Assembly (NCBI GenBank): GCA_904381335.1
Contig: CAJFIN010000002.1
Location: forward strand, 34,147-98,146
DNA length: 64,000 nucleotides
From: Candidatus Neoanaerotignum galli
Lineage (GTDB): Bacteria; Bacillota; Clostridia; Lachnospirales; Anaerotignaceae
Direction: 5' to 3'
Positions 1 to 9,526 of this stretch are shown here, one piece after another. The notes below the pieces were generated by a model. It was given only the letters and a program-made list of their open reading frames with translations. It had not been told where the DNA came from and made no database searches. The position numbers and the translations under genes are program-made. Within the stretch, counting starts at the first letter, position 1; each line of letters starts with the position of its first letter.

Positions 1-1
1 T

Positions 2-475
2 CTTTGGGGAAATGCCAGCAGCGGCGGCCTTGACTTTATCGCCATCTTTTTAAGCCAAGAAAAAAATATGGACGCCTGGAACTATACCTTCGCCTTAAAC
101 GCCGTAATGCTGCTCATCGCCGGGCTGCTTTTTGGTCTGGATCAAGCGCTGTATTCCATTATTTTTCAATTTACCAGCACACAAGTGGTTCATGTGCTTT
201 ACCAAAAGCATCGCCAGCATACACTCTTTATCATCACCAACCATCCAAAAGAAGTTTTTTCCACGATCTCTGCCATGACCCATCATGGCGCCACTGTATT
301 TGATGGCACCGGCGCCTATCTGGAGGAGCCTAGAAGTATGGTCTATTCTGTGGTGGACAGCGATGAAGTGAAACCGGTGATAAAGGCCGTTCGCCAGGCA
401 GATTCCACCGCTTTTGTCAACGTTGTACGCACCGATCAAATGACGGGGCGATTTTTCCAGCGAAAAGAAGATTGA
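2..475 (+). CDS. YitT-family membrane protein, C-terminal part with DUF2179 domain (5' end outside window)
   Basis: The frame is open from the window edge. The translated sequence (ASSGGLDFIAIF...VVDSDEVKPVIKAVRQADSTAFVNVVRTDQMTGRF) matches the YitT/DUF2179 pattern, and a terminator follows. Confidence 0.7.
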   Translation, partial: LWGNASSGGLDFIAIFLSQEKNMDAWNYTFALNAVMLLIAGLLFGLDQALYSIIFQFTSTQVVHVLYQKHRQHTLFIITNHPKEVFSTISAMTHHGATVFDGTGAYLEEPRSMVYSVVDSDEVKPVIKAVRQADSTAFVNVVRTDQMTGRFFQRKED

Positions 476-482
476 CCGATCC

Positions 483-514
483 ACCGCCGGTAAAAAACGC
501 CAGGCGGTTTTTTA
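483..514 (+). terminator. Rho-independent terminator after the yitT-like gene
   Basis: The stem ACCGCC/GGCGGT is followed by a T-run. Confidence 0.6.
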
Positions 515-520
515 CATAGG

Positions 521-543
521 AAAAGGCCCTTTTCGGGCCTTTA
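521..543 (-). terminator. Hairpin terminator downstream of the ABC transporter operon
   Basis: The stem AGGCCC-TTTTC-GGGCCT is flanked by A and T runs. Confidence 0.55.
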
Positions 544-605
544 AACATAGTGCTTCTTTTCTGACAACAATGGGTTGATCCATCGCCAAAAAACAGTATA
601 TTGGC

Positions 606-2351
606 TCATTCCATGCGCCAATTTTCACCTTCCCTCTGTCGATGCACCATCTGTGCAAACAAACCATTTTTCTCTTTCAGCTCTTCTGGCGTACCATTTT
701 CAGTCACCTGGCCATCCTGCAGCACCACCACTTGATCCGCCCCCTCCACAGTACGCATCCGGTGTGCGATAACCAGCACCGTTTTCCCTGTCATAAGCCG
801 GGAAAGTGCGTTTTGAACGAGATTTTCATTTTTGACATCCAACGAAGCCGTGGCCTCATCCAACAAAATGATTGGCGCGTCTTTTAAGATGGCTCGAGCA
901 ATAGAAATCCGCTGACGCTCTCCGCCGGAGAGGGTGTTCCCGTTTTCCCCAATCATGGTATGCCAGCCTTCCGGCATGCGTAGTGCAAATTCATCACAAT
1001 GGGCTAAACAAGCAGCTGCGATCACTTCCTCATCCGAAGCATCTTTCCGGCCCACCCGGATATTTTCCAAAATAGTATTTTGAAACAATGTCACTTCTTG
1101 AAATACAATGGCATAACAGGAAAGGAGCGTCTCTGGGTCCACCTGAGAAATATCCATTCCTCCCAATGTGATCTTTCCTTGGGGAATATCCCAAAACCGA
1201 GCCGCTAACCGGGCCGCTGTGGTTTTCCCGCTGCCGGAAGGGCCCACCAAAGCCGTCACTTCTCCTTGCCGCGCCGTAAAAGAAACGTCTTTGAGCACCT
1301 GAACCCCAGTATCATAGGCAAAAGATACCCGATCAAACACCAGATCATAACCCTGGTTTGTCAAAACCTTTTCCCCGGTCTGCACAGGATAATCCAAAAT
1401 TTCCCGCAGCCGCCCGATATTCACACGAGCACTAATCACGGCCGCCAAATTTTGCAGCGCCCCCTGCAAGGGATCATATAACCGCGAAACCACCAAAAGG
1501 AAGAGGAAAAACTCCACAAGACCAATCTCTCCTGCCACCAGCAAGGACGCCCCTGTAATAGCCACCGTCACAATACCAAGCTTCAGCACCAGAGAGGCGG
1601 AAACGACAAACACCGCCGTGCCCAGCTCTGAAGCAATCGCCCGCCGTTCTACTGCATGGATCTTTTCTTTCAATCCTGCCAGATAGCTATTTTCTGCTCC
1701 ATTGGCGCGAAGATCCTGTATGGTTTCGATGCACTCTTGAATACCGCCGGCACACGCCATCTTCGCATCCATCTGCCGCTGATTCAATGCCTCCTGCACC
1801 CGGGCGGAACAGCCCACAATCAAAAAGGATACCGGCAGCACCCACAGCGCCGCCAAGGCCATTTTCCACTGTACTCCTATCAAGCAAAGTGCCACCAATG
1901 TGGTAGAGGCAATGGACCCCGCCAATTCCGGGATAAAATGGGAAAACGCTGTCTCTAAAAATGCACTGTCCGCCATCAACACACTCGTCAGATCGGCTAA
2001 ATCCCGCTGACCAAAATATGACAGCGGAAGTTTGCGCAGCTTTTCCGCCAAAGTGATCCGGCGTACCCCGCTTTCCTGATAAGTGGCAAAATATGTGGCA
2101 TGATACTGCACCCAAGTGGCCGCCGCCAAAGCCGCCACACACCCAAAACACATTAGGGCATACAGCGGGCTTTCTGCCATCCAATGTTCCCCTTGCATCA
2201 TAGCAGTCACAAGCCGGTAAAGCACTGCCACTGGCGCCATCAATGCCAGGTTTTGCAAAAAACAGCTCAGGCACCCCTTTACCAAATCCTTTGCCCCTTG
2301 CCGGGAGAGTGCATATCGTTTTCCCAACCATTGCAGAAATGATTCAGCCAT
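606..2351 (-). CDS. ABC transporter permease/ATP-binding protein (type-1 exporter half-transporter)
   Basis: The 581-aa product has an N-terminal TM domain, Walker A GPSGSGKTT, signature LSGGERQR and Walker B IILLDEATASLD. It overlaps the upstream partner gene by 8 nt. Confidence 0.9.
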   Translation of the reverse strand: MAESFLQWLGKRYALSRQGAKDLVKGCLSCFLQNLALMAPVAVLYRLVTAMMQGEHWMAESPLYALMCFGCVAALAAATWVQYHATYFATYQESGVRRITLAEKLRKLPLSYFGQRDLADLTSVLMADSAFLETAFSHFIPELAGSIASTTLVALCLIGVQWKMALAALWVLPVSFLIVGCSARVQEALNQRQMDAKMACAGGIQECIETIQDLRANGAENSYLAGLKEKIHAVERRAIASELGTAVFVVSASLVLKLGIVTVAITGASLLVAGEIGLVEFFLFLLVVSRLYDPLQGALQNLAAVISARVNIGRLREILDYPVQTGEKVLTNQGYDLVFDRVSFAYDTGVQVLKDVSFTARQGEVTALVGPSGSGKTTAARLAARFWDIPQGKITLGGMDISQVDPETLLSCYAIVFQEVTLFQNTILENIRVGRKDASDEEVIAAACLAHCDEFALRMPEGWHTMIGENGNTLSGGERQRISIARAILKDAPIILLDEATASLDVKNENLVQNALSRLMTGKTVLVIAHRMRTVEGADQVVVLQDGQVTENGTPEELKEKNGLFAQMVHRQREGENWRME

Positions 2352-4128
2352 TGTCCCTCTCCTCCTTTTTTATATTCCACTCAAGCGACCGGCGGTATTG
2401 CGCCCATAACGAGGCATATGGACCGCCTTTGGCCAATAAAGTTTCATGCGTCCCTTCTTCTACAATTTCTCCCTCCGACAGCACGACAATCCGATCCGCT
2501 GAGGCGACCGTAGAAAGCCGATGCGCAATAAACAACACCGTCTTTCCCTTGGAAAGCTTAGTGATCGCTTGCTGCACATAAAATTCATTTTCTGCATCTG
2601 CAAATGCCGTGGCCTCATCTAACAGAAGCACTGGCGCCTGTTTTAAAAACATCCGTGCAATGGCAATCCTTTGCTGTTCTCCGCCGGATAAATATACCCC
2701 GCCAGGCCCCACATAGGTATCCACCCCCTGGGGAAATTTTTCTACTATACTGCTGCATTGGGCCTCTTTTAATGCCCAAAGCACTTCTTCCCGACTGGCC
2801 TTCGGCCGCCCCAGACGTACATTTTCCAACAGCGTTGCCTGTATCAGCCGGCTATTTTGAAACACAAACCCCACCTGTGACATTAGTTCTTTCGCTGATA
2901 TTTGCCGTATATCTGCCCCACCCAAGGCCACTGTCCCTTCCTGTGGGTCAAAAAACCGAGCCGCCAAGGCTGCCAAAGTGCTTTTCCCAGAACCACTTTC
3001 CCCCACAAGGGCCACCCGTTCTCCCGGCTGCAGCGACAGTGTCACGTCTGTCAAAGCATTGTTGCTTCCATCATAGGAAAAAGTAACGTGAGAAAAATCC
3101 AGTGCACCATTTTGAGGATGTGCCATTGGCGTCATCTGCGGCAATGGTTTGGCAGTCAGAATCTGATCCATCCTGGCTAAAGCATCATCCACAATCATCG
3201 CATCTTCACTTTGAAACATAATCCGCGTCATGGTGACAGAGATGATGGGCGTAATGATGCAATAAAAAATCAAATTAAGCAAAAACGTCTCGGTCATCAC
3301 TTGCCCACCGAGCCAAAAAGCCCCCAAAATCAAAAAGACAAACACACTGTTAATGGCCACTGTATAACAGATCATCGGCAAACACAAGTCTTTCGTATAA
3401 GCTATCACCCATATCCCATATTGCTGAATGGACTCTCGAAACCTGTGGAAAGAATCAATGGTCTGGCCAAAGGTCTTGACCACCGGCATACCCCGGACAT
3501 ATTCCACCGCTTCATTACTCATCTCTTCCAGTGCATTTTGATATTCTGTCATTTTTTGACGCATTTTCTGCCCGGTCATCCGCATCATGACCAAAAATCC
3601 CAGCGCCACTGGCACAAGGCTCAACAACCCCAGCCGCCAATCAAACACCAATAAAAGTCCTATCAATCCTAGCGGTGTAGCTATGGCACCAGCCCGATCA
3701 GGCAGACGGTGGGCTAGATACGTTTCCGTAGCGGCAGAAGCTTCATTCACTGTTTTCCGAAGCCGGCCGCTGCCAAACTGGGCCACAAGCCCCAAAGGCA
3801 GCTGGGTGATCCGCTCCATCATTGCCATCCGTAAGTTGGCTGCAATACGAAAAGCCGCTAAATGGGAGCACAAAAGCGATGCAATATACACCAATACTGC
3901 TATAACAGAAAACCCCAAGGCTTTCCACCCATAGTCCACAAGATGCACCGCCAAAGAAAAATCAGGTGCCACCGCCAGAGCCTCGCGAATCATGCCCCAC
4001 AAATACCAAAAAGGTACCAATGCCAGCAATGCACTTACTGCCGATCCAACCCACGAAAAATAGGTCAGATAGCGATACCGGCCGGCAAACCCCAATAATC
4101 GTTCCATACGTTTGGATGATTTCAACAT
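2344..4128 (-). CDS. ABC transporter permease/ATP-binding protein (heterodimer partner)
   Basis: The product has Walker A GESGSGKST, signature LSGGEQQR and Walker B VLLLDEATAFAD. I chose the ATG at 4128 because AAGGAGGG lies 5 nt upstream; the ORF itself extends to 4146. Confidence 0.9.
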   Translation of the reverse strand: MLKSSKRMERLLGFAGRYRYLTYFSWVGSAVSALLALVPFWYLWGMIREALAVAPDFSLAVHLVDYGWKALGFSVIAVLVYIASLLCSHLAAFRIAANLRMAMMERITQLPLGLVAQFGSGRLRKTVNEASAATETYLAHRLPDRAGAIATPLGLIGLLLVFDWRLGLLSLVPVALGFLVMMRMTGQKMRQKMTEYQNALEEMSNEAVEYVRGMPVVKTFGQTIDSFHRFRESIQQYGIWVIAYTKDLCLPMICYTVAINSVFVFLILGAFWLGGQVMTETFLLNLIFYCIITPIISVTMTRIMFQSEDAMIVDDALARMDQILTAKPLPQMTPMAHPQNGALDFSHVTFSYDGSNNALTDVTLSLQPGERVALVGESGSGKSTLAALAARFFDPQEGTVALGGADIRQISAKELMSQVGFVFQNSRLIQATLLENVRLGRPKASREEVLWALKEAQCSSIVEKFPQGVDTYVGPGGVYLSGGEQQRIAIARMFLKQAPVLLLDEATAFADAENEFYVQQAITKLSKGKTVLFIAHRLSTVASADRIVVLSEGEIVEEGTHETLLAKGGPYASLWAQYRRSLEWNIKKEERDNG

Positions 4129-4164
4129 AAATCCCTCCTTCATCATCTAACTGCCAATCATAGA

Positions 4165-4178
4165 TTAGTTTAAACTAA
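4165..4178. promoter_or_regulatory. Perfect 14-bp palindrome TTAGTTTAAACTAA, candidate operator upstream of the ABC operon
   Basis: The sequence is self-complementary when read directly. It lies between the tetR stop and the ABC start, next to a TATGAT -10-like hexamer (4157-4162, minus strand). Confidence 0.45.
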
Positions 4179-4218
4179 CTTTTGGGCAGAAAAGGGCCGC
4201 CCCTTTTCCCGTCAAGGG

Positions 4219-4836
4219 TTAAACCCCCATCAGTTGTTTCCATCCAGCCAAATAAAATGCTTGAATTTGTTTGACCATATCCATTGCCTCCTCCCGACCC
4301 ACATCATGAAGCAACGGCTCGAAATAAGCAGAAAACATGCCGCTGAGCAGCACATGCTCCAGCCAAGGCGCCATGGATTGTACAGGACTGCCCAACTTTG
4401 CTAAGACATCAAGATACCGGTGGGTGCCCTCTGCCTCAATTTCCACCAAACGGTGTACAAAATCCTGATGCTTTGTGCCCTCTGCCTTGGTAAGCAAAAG
4501 CAAAAAGGCCTGCCGATGGCTATACATATAGTCCATCAGTTCCAACATACAGTTGCGGGATACGTCCCCTAGCTGGCGGGTCTGCTCCTGTGGTTCCAGC
4601 AAGGTAAACGCTTTTTGGGCCTGAATAAAGCGGGTCATGAAAAAAGTTTCCTCTTTTTCCACCAGCGCGTCAAATAATGCTTCTTTACTGGAAAAATACC
4701 CATAAAACGCCCCTGTGGTCACGCCAGCTTCCCGAACGATCATCCGCAAGCTTGCCCGCAGAAATCCTTTGTCTAAAAATTCCCGCTGTCCGCTTTCTAA
4801 GATCTTCTCTCTAGTCTTTGGCGCCCTTTGCTCCAC
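4219..4836 (-). CDS. TetR/AcrR-family transcriptional regulator
   Basis: The N-terminal HTH (SLRMIVREAGVTTGAFYGYFSSKEALF) is typical of TetR. The start is GTG with AAAGGAGA upstream. Confidence 0.85.
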   Translation of the reverse strand: MEQRAPKTREKILESGQREFLDKGFLRASLRMIVREAGVTTGAFYGYFSSKEALFDALVEKEETFFMTRFIQAQKAFTLLEPQEQTRQLGDVSRNCMLELMDYMYSHRQAFLLLLTKAEGTKHQDFVHRLVEIEAEGTHRYLDVLAKLGSPVQSMAPWLEHVLLSGMFSAYFEPLLHDVGREEAMDMVKQIQAFYLAGWKQLMGV

Positions 4837-4860
4837 TGTTTTCTCCTTTCCAGGCGCACA

Positions 4861-4892
4861 AACATAACGATGTTATATAACACCGTTATGTT
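4861..4892. promoter_or_regulatory. 32-bp near-perfect palindrome, candidate TetR auto-operator
   Basis: AACATAACGATGTTATATAACACCGTTATGTT has one mismatched pair. It starts inside the -10 of the putative tetR promoter and extends downstream of it. Confidence 0.5.
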
Positions 4893-4916
4893 AGCACACA
4901 CTTACTCTTCTGTCAA
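4888..4916 (-). promoter_or_regulatory. Putative sigma-A promoter of tetR (TTGACA-17-TAACAT)
   Basis: On the minus strand TTGACA lies at 4916-4911 and TAACAT at 4893-4888, with a 17-nt spacer. Confidence 0.5.
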
Positions 4917-4917
4917 G

Positions 4918-6207
4918 TTAAATTCTCCCTTGCTGTGGGTGTACTTTTCCTTCTACCACTCCAGCTAATAGTCCCACTGCTGCTGGCAACACCCAGCCTA
5001 AGCCAATGGAATAAAACGGCAAATATTGCTCCAAAATACTGCTGCCAATGCCTAGTTCTGTGATCACGCCCACAATACCAGCCAAAGCCACACTCCATAC
5101 ATAACATTTGGGCAAATGAACAAACCATTTTTTGCCCACTCCCAACAAAATCAGTACAATGGCCATGGGATAGATCATCCCCAGCACCGGAACAGAAACC
5201 TTCAAAATGGCATCCAGTCCTGCAATGGAAATTAAAAAACTGGCTACTGTAAAAATCACAACCCATTTTTGTACACTCCATTTCGGATGGAGTGTATGAA
5301 AATAAGTGCCGCAGCTTGAAAGTAAGCCAATGGCTGTATTTAAACAAGCAATAAAAAATACGCTGCCTAAAATACCAGCTCCCACAGAGCCAAATTGCAA
5401 AAAAGCCAATCCCGTTAACACTGCAGTGCCATCTTGTGCCTCAGGAAATAACGGTCCGCCCATGGCGCCAATATTGGCCAAAGAAAGGTACACCAGCAGT
5501 AAGAAAAATCCGGCGACAAAGCCAGCCTGTATTGTATAACATACTACTTTTTTGTTTTCTTGAATTCCCCGGGAGCGAATATTTTGGGCAATGACAATGC
5601 CATACACCAGTGCAGCAATGGCGTCCATGGTCTGATATCCATAAATAAAACCCTCTGGTAATGGCGAAACAGCATAAGCACCCTGCGCTGCCCCCGCCTG
5701 TCCCGGCGGATTCATGAAACAGGCGGCCACAATGGCAAAAATCAATATTAATAACAATGGCCCTGTAATCCGTCCTAAGACAGAAGAGATTTTCTCCGGG
5801 TGAAATGCCACTGCTAATGCAATCCCAAAAAAGATTGCCGAATATACCACACGAAGGAGCAAAGAATCTCCCAAAAACGGTACGGCCGCCATGGAAAAAG
5901 AAGTGGATGCGGTCCTCGGAATGGCCAGGCAAGGGCCAATTGCCAGGTAAATTATCACCGTAAAAATGGGCCGAAACTTTGCCCCCACTTTTCCTGCCAA
6001 GTTCGGCAAACCGCCGTTTAACGCCACTGCCAGCACGCCTAAAACCGGCAGGCCAATGGCACTTAACGCAAGGCCGACAAATGCTGGCGCCAACAATGTG
6101 CCGGACTGAGCTCCTAGATACGGCGGAAAAATCAGATTCCCTGCGCCAAAAAACATCGAAAATAAGGTGATTCCCACCACCAAAGAAGTTTTGACCCCTT
6201 GTTTCAT
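4918..6207 (-). CDS. brnQ: Branched-chain amino acid transport system II carrier protein
   Basis: The 429-aa polytopic protein has a BrnQ/LIVCS-type N-terminus (FSMFFGAGNLIFPP). There is a strong RBS, and the start overlaps the upstream stop as ATGA. Confidence 0.85.
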   Translation of the reverse strand: MKQGVKTSLVVGITLFSMFFGAGNLIFPPYLGAQSGTLLAPAFVGLALSAIGLPVLGVLAVALNGGLPNLAGKVGAKFRPIFTVIIYLAIGPCLAIPRTASTSFSMAAVPFLGDSLLLRVVYSAIFFGIALAVAFHPEKISSVLGRITGPLLLILIFAIVAACFMNPPGQAGAAQGAYAVSPLPEGFIYGYQTMDAIAALVYGIVIAQNIRSRGIQENKKVVCYTIQAGFVAGFFLLLVYLSLANIGAMGGPLFPEAQDGTAVLTGLAFLQFGSVGAGILGSVFFIACLNTAIGLLSSCGTYFHTLHPKWSVQKWVVIFTVASFLISIAGLDAILKVSVPVLGMIYPMAIVLILLGVGKKWFVHLPKCYVWSVALAGIVGVITELGIGSSILEQYLPFYSIGLGWVLPAAVGLLAGVVEGKVHPQQGRI

Positions 6208-8156
6208 CCGTGTTTCCTCCTTCCCTTGATTTCCATTTTCTCCTTCTCCCCCGCAAACAACTGATGATATAACTTTCCCGCCTGTCTGGCATGTCCTAAA
6301 TACCGCTCAATCATACTGCGCAGCGGTCCTGTAGGAAAGACAGTGATATCTGCTTTTCGATCCGGCTGTTGAAAATAAGTACCTCGCTCCAAGCGCAGCA
6401 GCGGGCTTTTTAGTGCAGCAATGGTTTTCGGCGTCAAAGGTTCATTGGCCAAAAAGTATACCGTCAATTCCACCTCGGAAAAAGTGTGCCACAAAAGCAC
6501 CAAAAAGGTTTGATATGGCTTTGTCATCTCCGGCGGTAATGACTCAACATAATCCATAGCCTGCCGGTAGGTCAGATGGAATTGATTGAGCAGTCCGCCC
6601 GCCTGTAAAGCCACTTTTTGATTCCCTTCCAATATTTCCTGTCCCAAAGCCCAATAAGCGCCATGAAGCTGAAACAGCGCCTGGAGGTTCCATTGAAACT
6701 GACGCCGCTTTGTTACGGGAAAACAAAGGCCGTTGACCACCGATACGATGACCACTGCCACCAATAGATAGAAAATCCGCAAAAATGGCAGTGTGGGATC
6801 ACGGGCAGTCATGGAAGCCATCACTAGGGCAAAACCCGTGGTAAAGATTGGCTGCACCCATTCACCCGGCGTGGAGCAGTATAGCAGCACCGTCATTAGC
6901 ACCGCAAAAGAAAACTGTGCGCCTGTTGTTTGTAAATACGGATCTAAAAATGACACCAGCACGCACCCAATGGCTGTCCCAATGGGCCGCGTCACCATGC
7001 GGTGCGTACTATCCTCATATTGAGGCTGAAGCAGCAAAAAAGCGTGCATTGGCAGCCAATACATGTGGTTTTGTGTAAACAACACCGTCACGCCAAAGGT
7101 GAGCACCAGCACCAATGATAACCGCAGGGCAAACCGCCGTTCAAAGAAATTATGGCGAAACCGCCGCTTCAAATGGATTTTCAAGCGTTGAAACGCCGTT
7201 TCTTTCCAAATGCCCTCTTCCGGCGATGCCATCATGGCCTCCAAAAAGATCCGCAGCAGCTGGAGAGTACTCTCATAATAAATCTTTACCCGACCTTCTG
7301 GCAGACATTGCTTTTTCAGCCGCTTTCCCTCAGCAATCAGCATCTTTGGCGAAGTGTCAAACGCTTCTGCCACCCGACCTACATAATCCGCCAGGGCCGT
7401 CAAATGAGGCAGAGCCAGCCATTGGGCATCTTCTTTTTGCCACGCCTTATCTGCCGCTAAATAACAGCTGCGCTGAAACAGCAAGGCAATGGCATCATAT
7501 GCCGGCTGTTTTGTGCCGCCAGTTTTTACCACATTTTGCCGGCGGTAAGCCAGATGGTGAAACCGGGTTTCCAGCTGAAAACAATCTTTTTCCAATTCAT
7601 ACGTCAACGCGCCATCGGCAATGCGGCGGATCACTTGCTCTAAACTTCTTAGCCCCGACCGGATCTCATCAGGGCTTTCGTGGTCACGGTTAGCAAAAAA
7701 GGCATACACCTTTAATGCCGCAGTCAAAATAGCCCAGCAAAAGGCCACAACGATCGCCTGCGTGCCCACATGTTCTGCCGGAATCAGCTGATGAAATACA
7801 AAGATCATCACACTGGCAAAATATCCTTTCGGCATAAATTGATTGGATCTAGCCACCACCAGTACCAGGGGCACCAGGGCATTTAGCACCACGCACCAGA
7901 CGAAACTTCTTGTGGCCAATACAGCCAAAAAAGCAAGCAGCTCACTAAGCACAAATAAAACAGCCAAATATGCTGTTGAATTTTCCTGTGCTTTCCGAAT
8001 CTGAAATAAGATCGTAAACACCGATACCGTCATTGCATAAGCCAATCCAAAAAACGCAAACACTGCTGCAAATAAAACCACAAAAAACAAGATTTCCGGC
8101 CAAGCAGCCTTCAGCTTTTTTCTCCCATATGTCATAAACCGCTCTGCCGCCGTCAA
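6204..8156 (-). CDS. FUSC-like (fusaric-acid-resistance/aromatic acid exporter family) integral membrane protein
   Basis: The 650-aa product has two hydrophobic blocks separated by a long soluble helical region, as in FUSC/YccS-type proteins. The start is uncertain (TTG at 8156 or ATG at 8135). Confidence 0.55.
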   Translation of the reverse strand: MTAAERFMTYGRKKLKAAWPEILFFVVLFAAVFAFFGLAYAMTVSVFTILFQIRKAQENSTAYLAVLFVLSELLAFLAVLATRSFVWCVVLNALVPLVLVVARSNQFMPKGYFASVMIFVFHQLIPAEHVGTQAIVVAFCWAILTAALKVYAFFANRDHESPDEIRSGLRSLEQVIRRIADGALTYELEKDCFQLETRFHHLAYRRQNVVKTGGTKQPAYDAIALLFQRSCYLAADKAWQKEDAQWLALPHLTALADYVGRVAEAFDTSPKMLIAEGKRLKKQCLPEGRVKIYYESTLQLLRIFLEAMMASPEEGIWKETAFQRLKIHLKRRFRHNFFERRFALRLSLVLVLTFGVTVLFTQNHMYWLPMHAFLLLQPQYEDSTHRMVTRPIGTAIGCVLVSFLDPYLQTTGAQFSFAVLMTVLLYCSTPGEWVQPIFTTGFALVMASMTARDPTLPFLRIFYLLVAVVIVSVVNGLCFPVTKRRQFQWNLQALFQLHGAYWALGQEILEGNQKVALQAGGLLNQFHLTYRQAMDYVESLPPEMTKPYQTFLVLLWHTFSEVELTVYFLANEPLTPKTIAALKSPLLRLERGTYFQQPDRKADITVFPTGPLRSMIERYLGHARQAGKLYHQLFAGEKEKMEIKGRRKHG

Positions 8157-8341
8157 GAATCCTGCCCCTTTCTTCTGCCTTTTTCATGTTTTCTATTGTA
8201 ACAAAGGCATCTGGTTTTGGCAAGCATCCCAAAACAGTCTGGGAGATCCTACAGCAGGTTTTGCTACTAAACCAATATCTTGGGCTCTCTATCCGAAACA
8301 AAAAAGCCCTGTAAAAAACAGCGCTTTTCTTTATGACAAGA

Positions 8342-9400
8342 TTATTTTTCATTTTTTGTTCGGAGAAACTCTTCCGGCGGCAGGTCTTCACATAAACAGC
8401 TCCTTCGTTTTTCCACCAGGCGCACTATCAGCAATACCACCATGGCCAAAAAACAGGACCCATAATACGTCAAAAACCGATATACCACCATGGCTGCCAT
8501 TGCTGGCACTTCTCCCACCGCAGGAGTAAAAAACAAAGTAAACAATACCTCCACACTGGCTACACCTCCCGGCGTGGGGATCACCCCAGCCAATGCCGTC
8601 ACCATGGCAATTAGCGACATGGTCTGTATCAACTGACAGGGCACGCCCATCCCTTGCAGTGTAAAAAAAGGTATACTATACCAAAATCCCATCTTCGCTG
8701 CTTCTAGCAACAATATCAATGCCATTTTCTTTTTGTTTTGTAAGCAAAGCCGGGCGTTTTTTCGCAGCTGAGACAACTTCTCCCCCGCTTCTTCTGCGAT
8801 GTTTTGAAATCGTCCCCGTTGAGCAATCTTTCCCAATAGCCATAGTGCTGCCCGATGGGCCGGGCGCCAGAGACATAGCAACAGCAACCCCACCACGATC
8901 GCCGCCGTCAAGGCACACCCCACCCATAACAGCGGCAAATAAACACCAAACGCCTCCCGCAGCAGCGGATAACATGTCCCAAGGCCAAGGAGTGCCAGTC
9001 CCAAAATCATCACCTTATGGCAGGCATACGCCAGGGATGCTACGCCGTACCCCCAAGCCACAGGCACATGCTCCTTGCGCAGATAGACAATCAGCGCTGC
9101 CGCCGAACCCAAGCCAAAGGTGGGCGCTCGCACCGCACCCACATAAAATCCACTTTTTACCCCCGTCCAGAGGGAAAAGCCAGGTACGCTCTCCCGCACC
9201 AACAAGGCGCTGATGACTCCTTCCACCACCATAAATCCAGCGGCACATAAAAAGAGGGTCACTATCGTCCTCCCCCGAAGCGCCAGCAGCATTTGGCCCA
9301 CAGACGAAGCATCTTCCCCCACCAGCTGCACCATCACCAATATCAGCAGCACCAATAGCAGCACCGGTGTTGCTATTTTCTTAAAACGCTTTCCTTTCAT
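8342..9400 (-). CDS. UPF0104 / lysylphosphatidylglycerol-synthase-TM-like (flippase-like) membrane protein
   Basis: The polytopic membrane protein begins MKGKRFKKIATPVLLL. I chose the ATG at 9400 because AGGTGAAGG lies upstream; the ORF extends to 9496 through a TTG. Confidence 0.55.
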   Translation of the reverse strand: MKGKRFKKIATPVLLLVLLILVMVQLVGEDASSVGQMLLALRGRTIVTLFLCAAGFMVVEGVISALLVRESVPGFSLWTGVKSGFYVGAVRAPTFGLGSAAALIVYLRKEHVPVAWGYGVASLAYACHKVMILGLALLGLGTCYPLLREAFGVYLPLLWVGCALTAAIVVGLLLLCLWRPAHRAALWLLGKIAQRGRFQNIAEEAGEKLSQLRKNARLCLQNKKKMALILLLEAAKMGFWYSIPFFTLQGMGVPCQLIQTMSLIAMVTALAGVIPTPGGVASVEVLFTLFFTPAVGEVPAMAAMVVYRFLTYYGSCFLAMVVLLIVRLVEKRRSCLCEDLPPEEFLRTKNEK

Positions 9401-9526
9401 TGCCTTCACCTGATGCCTTCTCTCCAGCTTCGCTTCCCATGCGATGGCTGGTTTTTTGATAAAGCCTTTCCCATTTTTTATCAACACATACGCCAAAAAG
9501 CTTGGGAAAGTCTGGTCATCAGAGCA

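Noticed and set aside
5441-6292. 283-aa minus-strand ORF overlapping brnQ in another frame
   Set aside because: The BrnQ frame gives a coherent 12-TM transporter with a strong RBS. The alternative frame is Arg/Gly/Cys-rich and has no recognisable motifs.
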